NCBI GenBank assembly: GCA_025558095.1 | Contig: JAIVFI010000038.1 | Coordinates: forward strand, 248,001 to 312,000 | Length of the DNA: 64,000 nucleotides | Origin: Hyaloraphidium curvatum SAG 235-1 | Lineage: Eukaryota > Fungi > Monoblepharomycota | Reading direction: 5' to 3' | In this document: positions 23,965 through 36,459 of the stretch, in pieces | Position numbering within the stretch: the stretch's first letter is position 1 | Layout: each line of letters starts with the position of its first letter | Position numbers and translations under genes: made by a program | Notes under the pieces: model-generated | Database searches by the model: none | What the model saw: only the letters and a program-made list of their open reading frames with translations | Told to the model about the DNA's origin: nothing

Positions 23965-25308
23965 CGCCGCCTGCTCCTGCATCTTGCGCTCGAACTCGTC
24001 CAGCCGGACCTGCGTGCTGCTCGTGATGGTGCCTCCCCCGGGCACGGTGGACGTGTTGCGCCCCCTCCGGCGGGTGAGCACCACCGCGGCCACGATGGCC
24101 GCGACCAGCGCCAGCACGCCGATCACGATGCCCGCGATCGCGCCGCCAGACAGCCCCGATGGAGGCGGCGCGGCGGCCGCGCCCGCGCTGCCCGTGACCT
24201 CGACGAGCTGGGACCCGGGGAGCGCGGCAAGGAAGCACTCCTTGGATCCGGCGGCGATCTGGCCCGAGGTGCATTCGGGGAGGAGGCAGAGGCCGTTGTG
24301 CTCGCTCTCGTATGCGTTGCATGTTTGGTTGTAGGCGGTGCGCGGAATAGAGGCGCCCTGGGAGCAGAACATGGTCCAGACTGCGGGAAAGGGGAAGTAA
24401 GAACACGTGCGTGCGAGGGAATGCGGGAGGACGCACATCCGCTGACGGGGGTGACGAAGAGCGGGTCGATGGCCTTGCACGTCGTGCGGTCGTTGGGCGC
24501 GCACACGTTGATGGAGCCATGGCGGATGCAGCTCGTGCCGGGGGTCAGGGCGGCGCACTGCGAAGACGAGGTGCACTCGGTGCGTGGCTGGCTCGTGCCC
24601 TGCGTGCGGGGGTCAGCTATGGCAGGCGGATCACGGCAAGGAGACGCACGGCGTCGGGCTTGGGGCGGGCGATGGCACCGGTGGGGAGCTCGGAGAGCCA
24701 GCACTCGAGCGAACTGGCGCGGACCTGCTCGCTGGTGCACTCGGGTAGGAGGCAGATGCCGGCGTGCGAAGTCTGTTGCGGTGGCACATGAGATGCGGGC
24801 AAAGCACGGATCGGGATGCCGCAAACCAACCTCAAAGGCGTCACAGGTGTCGGCAAGCAGGTTCATGGGGGTGCTGTACACGTCCTTGAGGAGGATGAGT
24901 GAGTTCTGAGCCGACTCGACCAGCCGTGGAGCCAATAGAGCCTACCTGCCGCTGGCAGAACATGTGGTACACGTCGCGCACAGCGACCACCGACAGGGCA
25001 TCGAGATCGTTCTGTAGACGTCAGAGGGTTGCAAACCCAGAAGGCAGACGAGGTGGTGGGAACGAGACAGTGGCGCCGTCAGTTTGGGCACTACTTCAGA
25101 GGCGCAACGTCGCTCGACGCACGCATCGCGATTTGTCGTCGGGAATGCAGAGCTGCAGATACGGGATTTGTTAGAGGAACTGGGGGAATAGGGCCCGGCA
25201 GCGGGTTGAACGAACCCGGAGGAGGCCGTGGGTCTGGCACGACGTGCCCGCGATGATACACTGCGCGTTGGACGTGCAGCCCGTGTTCCTGCTCGTCGAG
25301 TTCGACAT
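23938..25308 (-). CDS. Single-pass membrane protein with two copies of a Cys-rich extracellular domain, multi-exon
   Basis: Repeated CTS..QC..GTSC..HG, MFC, TC.A.E..H.G.CLLPECTS.Q and EC.L..LP; TM GAIAGIVIGVLALVAAIVAAVVL followed by RRR. Start uncertain. Confidence 0.65.
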
Positions 25309-25688
25309 CTCTGAGTTTGCGGGGGAATGTAGGCTCCGGCACTTCTCGCGATGCGATACAGGTTCCGGCGAAAGCGCTTTTTGTGGGTGCGGGACGGTTC
25401 CGCGTTCAAAGGTTCCGATCACTCCGCGCGGAAGCTGCCGCCTCCTGCCCTTGCGAACTCAACCGGCCGGACGCCACACTTTCACCCCATAACACCTTCC
25501 GAGGGTATCTGATTGCAAGGCTCTGCAAGTCTCGGGCGTTCCGGAGGTCTCGATCCTGCTCTGGTCGCGGCCGCCCTTCTCTCCGCCACAGCCACCGATC
25601 GGCGTCGGAACCCAATTGGTTTCCGAGGGTCCCTTTAAATGCGCAGGACGGAAACTCGACCCGACTGTCAAACCACCAATCGGACGCA

Positions 25689-26706
25689 ATGGCTCGTCTC
25701 TCCTTCATCGTGGCCCTCGCGGGAGCAGCTCTCGCTCTCGCCGTTTCCGACGTGTCGGCACAGGCCTACTTGTCTCAATCGTCGTTCGCTTCGACGGACT
25801 GCTCGGGTGGGTTCGAACTACGACGTATCGGCTAGCAGACTGGCACTCGAGGCCGCCCGAGTCCCATGGCCATGAAGCGATCTCTGGTGGCAGTCGCGCG
25901 TTGCCGCAGACGAAGTTCTGACTTTCGCCGTGCCATGTCCCTCCAACCATCGTTTCCGACTCACAGGTCAGATCACTGGTAAGGAATCGACCGCTTTGCA
26001 TTGTCCTCATTTGCGCTGACGGGATTTGCTTCCAGCGCTCGGGATGCGCGCCATCAATGTCTCCTGCTCGGATCCGACTGTCGCATCGGCCGTTGGAACC
26101 TGCGTTCCGTCGGCAACGGGAAGCAACATCACGCTCTGTGGGACTGGACCCACGCCGCTGTTCCCCAACGGCACCAGCGGCGTCTTTGGGTTCGGCCAGA
26201 TCCTAGACAGCCTGACGTGCAACACGACCGAGGGTTCCGGGGCCGCTTTCCGTGCCGGCGTCTGCACGTCACTCTCGGCAATTGCTTTCCGCGGATTCGG
26301 TAAGTCTACTTGAGCCGCCAGGCTGTTTTGCTGGTGACCTTCATGCTTTTCAGGCGTGGCCACCTGCAATGGCGAGACCGGATCCATCACCACGTTCACC
26401 GATGCAAACTGCACGACACCTCGGACGGACGGCCTCATCCTTTCCTTGAACTCAACATGCCAGCCTATCCTAGGCCGCTACGGCTGGCTCGGATGTGAGT
26501 TGCACTTCGAGCGTTGTCTTGGTTGATCGGCGCTCCTGACCTTTCCAACCGAAGCCTGCCGTACGATCGGAGCTTCAACTGCCACAGCTACAGCGACTGC
26601 AACGGCCGCGACGAGCACTTCGCGTCCTTCGGGTGCGGGCCACCAGGCAACCGTCGGCTTGTGCATGGCCGCCACCGCCGCGATCGCTGCGATCTTGATG
26701 GCGTGA
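25689..26706 (+). CDS. Secreted, probably GPI-anchored Cys/Thr-rich surface protein, multi-exon
   Basis: Signal peptide MARLSFIVALAGAALALAVSDVSAQ; Cys/Thr-rich exons; T/A-rich linker and hydrophobic C-terminus ...AATAAIAAILMA*. Confidence 0.65.
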
Positions 26707-26851
26707 ACAGGACGTGTTATCGACTTGCTCTAGAATTGTAGACGGCTCGGCGAGTATAGATGTTTTGGCCAGAAGAGGCTTCGACGGATCTTGATTCGGT
26801 CACGCCCCGAGGGTCGCGAGTCCCCATTTGCAGTGCACATCGGTCTTTCAA

Positions 26852-28358
26852 ATGACCAACGACGCGGACGGTGCAGAGGCCATTTCCGCGTCGCCGTCGT
26901 CGGTCACGGCGCCGATGCAGCCCCCCGACGCGTCGCCCGGCGTGGGCGGACCGGGGGAGGCTGCGGGCGCGAACCCGGACTCTGGACCCGCAACTGCGCA
27001 TTCGCCCGGCGCGGACGCGATTCCGGCCCGAAATCTCGTCGCGACATGGTCAGGGAAGAAGTACAACATAGCCGCGGACGGAACGTGGTCCATCGGCGAC
27101 TTGAAGCGGAAGCTGTTTGACTTGACGCAAGTCGAGCCGAAACGCCAGAAGATTCTCGGTCTCGTGAAGGGAAAGCCGCCGGAGGACAGCGCGCTGCTGA
27201 GCACCCTGACTCTTCTGAAACCTGATGGGAGTTTCATGATGATGGGGACGGTCGAGGAGGCGATTCAGCGCGAGATTGAACTGCTGGAGCAGGCGAGTCT
27301 CTTCCACAGCGCTATAAGAACCTTGAGTGCTCATGCGCGCGTCTCTGCAGGCTGACGACATTGTCAACGATCTTGACTTCACGTACTCTGCTGCAGATAC
27401 TGGAGCTTTTCACAAGAACCCGAAGAACATCGAGAAGCTTCAGAAGGCCGCGGAATCGACCTCGATCCACCTCATCAACCCGCCGCTGCGTCCCAATACC
27501 AGACTTCTCGTGCTTGACATCGACTACACCGTCTTCGATTGCAAGCGAGTGACGAGCCGTAGCGGTTTTTGGAGATCGTTACCTTACCATCTGCCTCAGA
27601 TCTTCAGCCGGCAACATCACGGAGCTTATGAGGCCTGGGGTGCACAGCTTTCTAAAAGCCGTTTATGTGGGTTGTGGGCCCAGTTGCACTGGTTGTAGGC
27701 TCATCCCTTTTGTCCTCGTCCCGATCAGCCTTATTATGAGATCTGCTTTTGGTCCCAAACCAGCTGGAGGTGGCTCGAGGCCAAAATCACCGAGATGGGT
27801 TTCCTCCACAGCTCCGACTACAAGGTAAAGGCTACCGGTCGATCGCGGGCGCGGCAGCTGATTTGTTGGTGACACGACCAGGTCGCCTTCGTCCTCGACA
27901 GGACGTGCATGTTTAGCATCGAGAGCGCGCGTGGTCAGCACCAGGTTAAAGCCCTCGAGATGTAGGTATCATATCTCTTCGTCGCAGGTCTGATATCTAA
28001 AATCTATCATTCTGTTTTTCAGTATTTGGTCCAAGCTCAAGCAGTACAACGCTTCGAACACGATCCACATCGACGATTTGGCGAGGAACTTTGCGATGAA
28101 TCCTCAGAGCGGCCTAAAGATTTCGGCGTTCAAGAACGGTCCAAGCCCAGCCAGCCGTGCCGATCGCGAGCTCTTTCACTTGACCAAATGTTGGTGCTCG
28201 GGTGCCCAGGGTGCGCAGTTCTCTGATTCGCCGCCGCAGATCTTCTCAGAATCGCCCACTCGTCCGTCACCGACTTCACCAAACTGGATCATAAGAAGTG
28301 GAGAGATTTCGATGGCCCTTTTCCAGATGATTTCGCAGAGAGATTAGGCGACCCGTGA
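26852..28358 (+). CDS. UBLCP1: Ubiquitin-like domain-containing CTD phosphatase 1, multi-exon
   Basis: UBL (WSGKKY...LTQVEPKRQKILGL...MMMGT); HAD motif LVLDIDYT; MRPG, IWSQT-like, HQVKAL, HIDDLARNFAMNPQSGLKI. Confidence 0.93.
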
Positions 28359-28426
28359 TCGTGCTGCAATGTACATTGCGGTCGCGGCAGGTCCGCTTCC
28401 GAGACTGTCTCTTTCTCTACACCAAG

Positions 28427-31400
28427 CTACGACTTTCGATATTGCAAAGTCACGATCAAAGTTCCGCTGGGCACACCCTTGAGGGGCAGCGGGATCTTGT
28501 CCGTCTCCTTGTTTCCATAGTATTCCAGCATGTCCAAGCTGATCTGGCAGGTTCCCAAGAACTCTGCAGGCGGCGATTTGCGTCAGGCGGACACAAGATA
28601 CTGCGCGTTGATCTCACCGTCGGAAGAGTACTTGTCATAATTGTAGACGGTCAGCCGAACATAGTCGTCGAGGCTGTGGATGGTGAAAAGCAGCGGCTGG
28701 TTCCACTTGGGCGAAAGGTTGTCCCGGATCGACCTCGTCTTGAACTTCTGCTGATCGATTTGGGCTGCGACGAATATGTCGCATTTCGACGAATTCTCCG
28801 GCTGAACCAGATCTTTCGCCTCGACCACCGTGAGCTCCAGGGTCCCCATCGCGTTCGTCGGGCTTCGCGTAGCCCCGGCGGCAGCCGCCGCCTTGGACTT
28901 CTCGGCCTTTTTGATCGCGGCTGCGATCGCCGAGCATTGCGAGTCCAAATGGTTCAACCATGTCCGCTTGTTTGGAACAGAAGATGCGCGGAAGGTGATA
29001 ACGTCCTGCAGATGGATCACTTGGAAGCAACTGTCATCTACAGGGAATGGCGGTTTCGAGGTGGGAGGAATCTCTCTCGCGACGCACTCGTTCAGCGGGA
29101 TCGCCTAAAGAATCGACAGTGAGCCGCCGAAGCAATCTAGAGTCTGGAGGACGCACCTTGCGGTAGAGTGTGTACAGAAAAGGCTTGCCACCGATCGTCT
29201 TTGCCGCCTGGCTCCGCGCCTGCGTGATCAGAAGCAGGTCGTTGAAAAGGAGGGCGTGCAGCTTGCGACCGGACTTGGCCTTGGCCAGCGGGCCCTCGTA
29301 CACAAACATACGCGGTCCAACGTACTTGGTCGCCGAGAACAGGTTGATGTTCTGTAGGAATCTCGCGGTCAGTGCCCGACCTCTTCCGGTGTGACGGACG
29401 CCTACTTCATCGCTGCTGTCCAAGTCGACCTGCTGAGTGATCTCCTCCAGCTTGGCGCGATTGTCAATGTCCCGAACCATCTCATTGACCTTGTCCAGCA
29501 GGCTTTCGCAGGCGTCCAGAGATTCCATGACCTGCTGGTGATCCGGATGGTCCTTCGGCGTGTAGTGCAAAATCTGCCGGAAAATGAGCGGATACCGTGT
29601 GATTCGCTGGAAAGGCTCGAGCAAGAAGGAAGAAAGGTCGAGAGAGCGGCACTTTGGATGCAGCTGGGCTCTCTGCGAAGGTGGCATAGTGAACACGCTG
29701 ATGCGCAAGAAAAGCAAAAGACCGACCTTCAGGAAATCGCCCAAATTCTTGTCTTCAGTGCGCTTCTTCTGCAAAAACTTGCTCGTCTGCATCTGCTTGC
29801 CGCAGTACTGCTGATAAGCTTGAAGCGGCTTCACCTGAGGTACGAAATCAGACAGAAGCACCCAGATCGTGCAGAGCACCGACATGCTTCAGGAATGCGG
29901 CGCCGATGGCGTGAACGACGCCTCCCTGATCAGCCTGCAGCTTCTCAAAGTCACTGAGGATCAGCGAGTTGCAGATCAAGATGTCCTCAATGTTGTTGAA
30001 GATGCCAACGAGGTCCTGCGACGTCAAGCCCGGCAGCTGCTGGAGCGGCTGGTAGAAAACCTCCAGGATGAGCTGCAGATCCCGCACGTAGGTCTGCTCC
30101 GTGCTGATCAGCTCGAAAATGGCCTCCTGGCGCTTTCTCTCCTCGGGAAGCGTCTGCTCCAGAAAAGCGGGGTCGACCTGCGACGCCCATGTCCGTCGTT
30201 CACCAAATGCCAGGTTCAAGTCCGTGTGGCTTCGGCTCAAAGGCATCCGCCCTGTAGCAGCACCGGTCGCGGGATCGGAGGAACGATGGGCATGCTTTCT
30301 CGCTGCAGAGTGCCCATCGTCAGCGATCGACATGGATCGTCCGTGCCTGTGCGCTGCTGGCTTCCGCGATGCCTTTTGGAGCTTGGCCGCCGCGGCCTCC
30401 TCGCTCAGTTCCTGGACATAGGTGGCCGGAACGACACCCCGTTTTCCGTCCTTCTCGGCGACCCACCACCCTTCGTCCGCTTTGCTCATGATGTTGACGA
30501 TCCAGCCCTCCTTGATGGGCAGTTCGTCATCGCGGGCGCCCTCGTAATCGTAAAGAACCTCGGCCAAGCACACTGGTTTGTCCGGCAACGCAGGTGCTTC
30601 AGGTACCGACGCTCCCGACGCAGGGAGTCCATCCACAGGCTCCGCGGGAGAGTCCGACACATACGATGCCGGGAACCAGCCAGGGTCGTCACGCTCGCCC
30701 TCGCCCTCGACGACGCGGCCGTACAACCAATCGCCTTCCTCGCGCTCGACCCCGATCTTGGCGCCTTCTGCAAAGTTGAGGTCGTCCGGCTGGTTTTTCG
30801 GGAACGGGTACAGAGCGTAGACGTGGCGGATAAACGTTCCGATTTGCGTCTGCTCCGGGGCCGCCGGCACCTCTTTGGCAAGTGCAGCGGCGGGCTCCGG
30901 CGTGGCAGCGTCCGCAAAAACATCCTCCTTGCTGTCCGAGAACACGTTCTCAGGCGAGCTCTTGACCGCAGCTGCCAGACTTGGTGCTGCCGGCGCGGCG
31001 CTGTCCTCCTTTTCGACTTCCACTGTCGGCCATTTCTTGGCCTTGGGCTGCGTCGTCGCCTTAGGCGTGTCACTCACGGCTCCTTCCTTTGGCTTGGCTG
31101 CCGGAGCCCCGGCGCCGCCGCCGACAAAGAGACCTTCCAGCATCTTCTTCCTGTCCGCCAGCCTCGAAGTGCCCAGGTTCCGCAGCGCGTCCAAGTCCTT
31201 CTCGGTCGAAGCAGCCTTTGTCGGTCCGTCCGACACAGGGCTCCCGGGACCGGCCTGCGGTTTGAGCTGCTCATGCACCGGTGCCATGAGCCAATCGTCG
31301 CTAACTCTCCGCTGCGGTGAGAAAGACCCGGGCGAAAGAAGACCGCTGGGACCCCAGTCTTCCTTATCCGAGGCCAAGCTCTGCAGGCTTTCGGCAACTG

Positions 31401-34255
31401 ACACGGGTCGGTCCTTCCCATGCTCCTCGCCGTCCCGCGGCGCCCCCTGCTGGTCATCGTCGGCCGTAGACTTTGGCGCCTCATGCGCCGGGGTAAGACT
31501 CTCCCGCCGCTTTGCCGCTTCCCTGGCTTCGCGGACCGAAGACGAAGCACGCAGTTCGGCAAGCTCGTCTGCGCGGGAAGGAGCCGGTGTTGCCTCGGGT
31601 TCGGCAGCTGGTTTGGGTTCTTCGGGGATAGAAACCTCAATGCCCAGCGCCGAAGGCGTGGTCCGTATCTTTGGAGGCGACGGGGAGCGGCGTGGGCTCA
31701 TGCTGCGCGGCCTTGTAGGAGAGGTGCGACCCGTGTCGAAAGGGTTTGCGGGAAACGCAGGCGCTTCCGAGCCAAAGTCTTTCCAAAACTCGTCGGCCGC
31801 CGCGGCTCCGGCCTGCGTAAGGCTGGGACCAGAAAAAGGGTTCGAATCGGTACCAAAAGGGTTGAAGGCCGTCTCCGAGGGCGGCGGGGTCGAAACAAGA
31901 GTCTCGGTGGTGTCCGTAGCAGCGTTGGCGGGGCTAAGGCGCCCCGCTGACCCAGGAGAAGACGCTTCCGGCGCCATTGCAGACTGCTCCTTTGCCAACG
32001 TCGCGGTTCCATCCCACGCCTTGGGTGCGGAATAATCCTCTGCAGCAACTTCGGACCGCGTTGGGCTCGGCTCTGGCTCGACAACTTCGGTGATGGTAGT
32101 CAGCGTCGCAGCGTCCATGCCCATGATCTGGTCCAGATCCGGAAACTTGCTGGCGACGTCGTTCGCAGACGCCTGCTCTGCGGGCTTCTGCGGCGACGAC
32201 GGTTCCGGCGTCTTCGGCTTCTTCACAGGCGGAGGCGGAGGCGGTCCCTTCTTGGCATCCAGAACGGGCTTGGCCGGTGGCGGCGGAGGCGGTTTCTTGC
32301 TGATCGGCGGTGGCGGTGCCGGCTGATCCCTCGCCGGCAGTGGCTCCGGGGCCTTTACCTTCTCTGCCTCCCTCTCTCGCCCCGCCTTTTCTCCTTCCCG
32401 TTTCCCATCGCCGCGCGCACTTTCAACCTGCGTTTCCCACCTCGCAAGGAAGCTCCTCGCTTCGTTGCTGGCAGGTGACGGCCTCTCGGGTCCCTTGTCC
32501 AGCGCCGCCTCCGGCACTTCCCTTCTCCCTGCGACTCCCGAAAGCTCGTCCAGCACGGCCCTCAGGTCCCCTCTCGCCCTCTCGAGCTCGGCAACCTTCT
32601 TCTCCAGCGCCTCCTTCTTCTCCCTGTCTTTCTCTCCCTTGTCATCCGCAGCGGGCGCCGGCGCGAGCCCGGTGATTCCCATCCGCGCCATCCGTTCCGC
32701 CAGCATCCTCGCCGCGCGGGCCTGAACATCCTCCTCCCCGCCCGACTCCAGTTCCTTCCGCGCGCTCGCGAGCTCGGCCTCCAGTTTCTCGAGCCCGCGC
32801 TCCAACGCAATTCGCCGTTCCGAGACTTGGGAGCGGAGGGAGGAGAGGAGGCGGCGCTCGGACGCGATGCGAGCCCGTGCCTCGGCTTTCCGCCGTTCCA
32901 GGGCAATGAGGGAGGGAAGGAGGGCGTCCAAATCGGCGAGCGACTTGCTGCTAGATGTCGAGGTCGGTGCGGGTAAGGCGGGAGCTGGTGCAGATTGAGG
33001 GGCGAGGGAAGAAACAGATCCCATCGCCGACACGGGCTTGGAAGGCAGCTTGCCAGAGACGAGGTCATCCAGGTCCGGGAAGCGGGATTCGAAGTCCTCC
33101 GTTGGCGCTGATGCTGCAGGAGATTGTCCCCGAGGGGGATCGGCGGCGGGAGGGGAAGTGCTCCGGATAGCCGCGAGGCGCTCGGCGACGCTCCGCGGCT
33201 CGCTGGTGGGAGCTACTCCGGAGGGTCGAGGAGGTGTTGGAGCGGTGGTTGTAAGCGATACGCCCCTGATGAAGGCGAAAAGCTCCTTGGGAAGAGAAGC
33301 TGGAAGATCAAGACCTGTCCACGGGGACGGTAAGATGAGATTCGGAGCTCTGGAATTGCGTCACACGGAACCCACCTTGAACGGTCCGGTTGACGAGGAA
33401 CATGGCCGCGGCAAACTCCTTCTTGTTCAGCTTCCCCCTGTTGTCCACGTCAACCATCTCCCATATCCTCCCGAGCACCGGCAGGGGCAGGCCGCTCTGT
33501 CCGAGAACCTCCCTGGCCAGGTTCCCGGGCAGGAAGCCCGTCCTTTCGCGATCCCATGCCGCGAAAACCGTGTCAAACTGGGCCTGTTGCGCGAGGGGAA
33601 TAGAAAAGGAGAGCGACGCCACGGGGAGGGCGGCAGAAGGTGCCACGGCAGGGGAGGCAGGGCGGGAGGCGGGGCGTGAAGCGGCCGAGGGCGCCCAGCC
33701 GGTCCCCGCAACGGGTGAAGCACCACGTTGAGGTGCTGCCGGAGCCGATGGAACAGCGGCACTAGGTCCGATGGGAAGGCCGACGGCGCGCATCGCGGCC
33801 ATGACCTCCTTCACTGCCGCGTCCGGCAGCTGCTGAGGCGGGGGCATTCCCGAGTCTGCAGACCGCTTGGCGAGGAACATGGCGAGCAGGAACTCGGGAA
33901 GCGACAGTCCGGGCACGGCTGGAGGCTGGAGGTGCGAGAGCTGCCAAATCTGGGCGAGGCGGTCCTGCGCCAGGCCCGAGCGGAGCAAGACGGACCGCAC
34001 CGCGTCGCCTGGCACGCCGGAACAAACGAACACGCGTCGGATCGGGATCAGATATGGCCGGAAGATGACGGAGGATTCGGACCCACCCGACATGATGCCC
34101 TGCGCGCCGCCGCCACTCGCCGAGGAGAACAGCGCCTCCCATTGCGTCTGGGTCGCGCGGTCCAGGAAACTGAGCGGCGGCCCGCCGACCGGCTGCCCCG
34201 CAAAGCCAGGGAACGCGCTGCCGCCCATGGCCGACGTGCCTCCGGCGTTGAACAT
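28427..34255 (-). CDS. Intersectin-like endocytic scaffold/RhoGEF: EH-EH-coiled coil-SH3-SH3-DH-PH-C2
   Basis: Two EH domains (LAQIWQLS; LGRIWEMVDVDNRGKL), NPF motifs, SH3s (ALYPF; VLYDY..GVVPATYV), DH (RQEAIFELISTEQTY; PFQRITRYPL), PH and C2 (GTLELTVVEAKDL). Confidence 0.9.
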
Positions 34256-34543
34256 GGCGCGAGCGCAGCGAGGGGACCAAGGGGACACTCCGCTGCCCTC
34301 CTTATCGGCCAACGACGCAGCCGGCTTCACTGCTGAGCGCTATAGAGCGCCACCAAGGTCCGGCCAGCGGCCATAGCAGCGGATTTGGCCCGCTGGCTGC
34401 CGGACGCGTTGCTGCGACGATCGGCGGGTCGAGCAGTCGTCAGCCTCGGTGCGGCGCCTCCCCCGCTCGCGATCAGCTGCTTCAGGGGGCTTCGCTGCCT
34501 CATTCTTCTCTCTTCTAACCTTGTTCAAGATACTTTCAAAGCA

Positions 34544-36250
34544 CTATACGTTAACGAACCACTTCCCCTTCGACATGTCCTGCCTGAGCCAGAGCGCAAA
34601 CAGCGAAGCCACGATCACCACGCTCCCAGAGAACATGATCATCGGAAGGTACCATACGGACACCTTGGTCCCGTCCGGAGCCGTGGTGGTGTAGAGGTCG
34701 AGTAGCGCCCCCTGGATGACCGGTCCCGCAAGGCTCCCGAAAGTGAAGAACGAGTACGCCATGCTCATAGCCGTCGCAACGACCGAGAGGTCGAAGTTGG
34801 AGGCAATTGTAGCCGGCAAAACACCATTGTATCCTCCTCCTGCTAGGCCCTGGGCGACCATGTAGGCACTCATCCCCGCGGCCGAGGTCACGTTGACCCA
34901 GCCGACCATTTGGAGGAAGCCAGCAAGAAACACGCAGACGACCAAGTTCGTGGCAGGTCCACCCATCCTTTCGGCTACGAGTCCCTGTACGACCCTCCCG
35001 ACGGTTGAGGCGATGTTAAGGATCGAGACCTGGAAGGCCGCAGGTCCTGGCGCGAGCCCGAGCACGTCGATGGAGAAAGACGCCCCGAAATAGGCTGACA
35101 AACGATCGGGTTGATGACCTGTTGATTCGACAGCAGAAAGACTGCTCTCACCTGGTGCCATGCTGCCGAAAGGCATGAAGAAGATGAGCAGCGAGGAGAG
35201 GATGAACGGTTTCGACGTCACGATTTGGCGGACGGAGATCTGAGGCTTGCCAGGCGATCCTGTTGATCCAGGTTGCTCCGTCCCAGGAGTGTCCAAAGGT
35301 ATAGGAGCTGTGTCGGCCGGCAAAGCATCTGCCCGATCGGAGAGCACTGCCGGCTCCCCATTCGAAACCAAGGCATCTGTCCCTTCTGCGGTGTCCGGCT
35401 CTACGTCCGTGGCCGAACCGTCCGATTCTGGCAACGAAAGCTGGCGCTCTGTCCGCTCCAGAGCCTCCAGTGGGACGCCGGTCGGTTCAGATTTGCCCGC
35501 ATCGGAGTCCACTGGGCGGGCTCCCGTGCTTTCAGCGGCTTGCGCCTTCACGGCGCCGTTCTCCGCCTTTGCGGAGCCTTTCTCCATGTCCTTGGGCTCC
35601 CAGCCGTCCCAGCGGTTCGCCGGGACGAGAGCCATGGAAGTCACAACCAGGCATGCCCCGCCCACCAACCCCGTCGCCCGGAGCGCCCAAGGTATCCCCC
35701 ACGCCGAAATCATGGCCTCGGTCCCCGCCGCAAGGGCGAAGCCGCCCAGGCCGGTGCCCGAGATGGCGATCCCGAGTGCTGCTCCGCGCCAGTCGCCCCG
35801 CGGACCGAAGAAGTGGGGCAGCAGGGCGAGGGTGGGGAAGTAGTTGGCGGACGCCCCGATCCCCACGAGCAGGCCTTGGGCAAAGACCGTCAATCCCAGG
35901 TTCGTCGAGAAGCTCGCGATAATGTAGGCGAGCCCCCACAGGAGGGCGCCGAACAGCGCCGTGGTCCGGAAGCCGACGCGGGGATCGTCGGCAACCCTCC
36001 CCACGACCAGCCCCGCCAAAGACCACGACGCTACCGAGAGAGATCCCGGCAAAGCGCACAGCTTCTGCTGGCCGCCCGTTCCGAGCGCGTCCGCCCGACA
36101 GTACGCCGCTGAATAGACGCCGTAGGCCCACATTCCGCCGCTCGTAAAGAATTGGGACATGAACGCGGCCGCGACGAGCAGCCACCGAAACGTCCGCTTC
36201 GGGAGACGGGGCGGGGCCTTGGGAGGCGCCACAGCGCCGGATCCGGCCAT
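34544..36250 (-). CDS. MFS transporter, monocarboxylate (MCT/Mch) family
   Basis: Twelve hydrophobic segments, GRVADDPRVGFR, ALGIAISGTGLGG, GRVVQGLVAERMG, GSLAGPVIQGALLD; one probable in-frame intron near 35095-35151. Confidence 0.9.
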   Translation of the reverse strand: MAGSGAVAPPKAPPRLPKRTFRWLLVAAAFMSQFFTSGGMWAYGVYSAAYCRADALGTGGQQKLCALPGSLSVASWSLAGLVVGRVADDPRVGFRTTALFGALLWGLAYIIASFSTNLGLTVFAQGLLVGIGASANYFPTLALLPHFFGPRGDWRGAALGIAISGTGLGGFALAAGTEAMISAWGIPWALRATGLVGGACLVVTSMALVPANRWDGWEPKDMEKGSAKAENGAVKAQAAESTGARPVDSDAGKSEPTGVPLEALERTERQLSLPESDGSATDVEPDTAEGTDALVSNGEPAVLSDRADALPADTAPIPLDTPGTEQPGSTGSPGKPQISVRQIVTSKPFILSSLLIFFMPFGSMAPGESSLSAVESTGHQPDRLSAYFGASFSIDVLGLAPGPAAFQVSILNIASTVGRVVQGLVAERMGGPATNLVVCVFLAGFLQMVGWVNVTSAAGMSAYMVAQGLAGGGYNGVLPATIASNFDLSVVATAMSMAYSFFTFGSLAGPVIQGALLDLYTTTAPDGTKVSVWYLPMIMFSGSVVIVASLFALWLRQDMSKGKWFVNV

Positions 36251-36459
36251 GTTCCCGAGGCGCCCGCGAGCAACCGGATCCCGGCGACCGCGATCTTCCA
36301 ATCTATAAAAATCACGGATTCCCAGGTATCACGACATTGAGTGGGATTCGAGGTGGCGGTTGGGGTGCGCTGGGGTCGGTTGCGGAAAGCGCTCGGCCCG
36401 GTTCCGTCCCGGCGTCAGACAACAAACGGCCCTTCCCCCTGCCTTTGCCCGCCGCCGCC

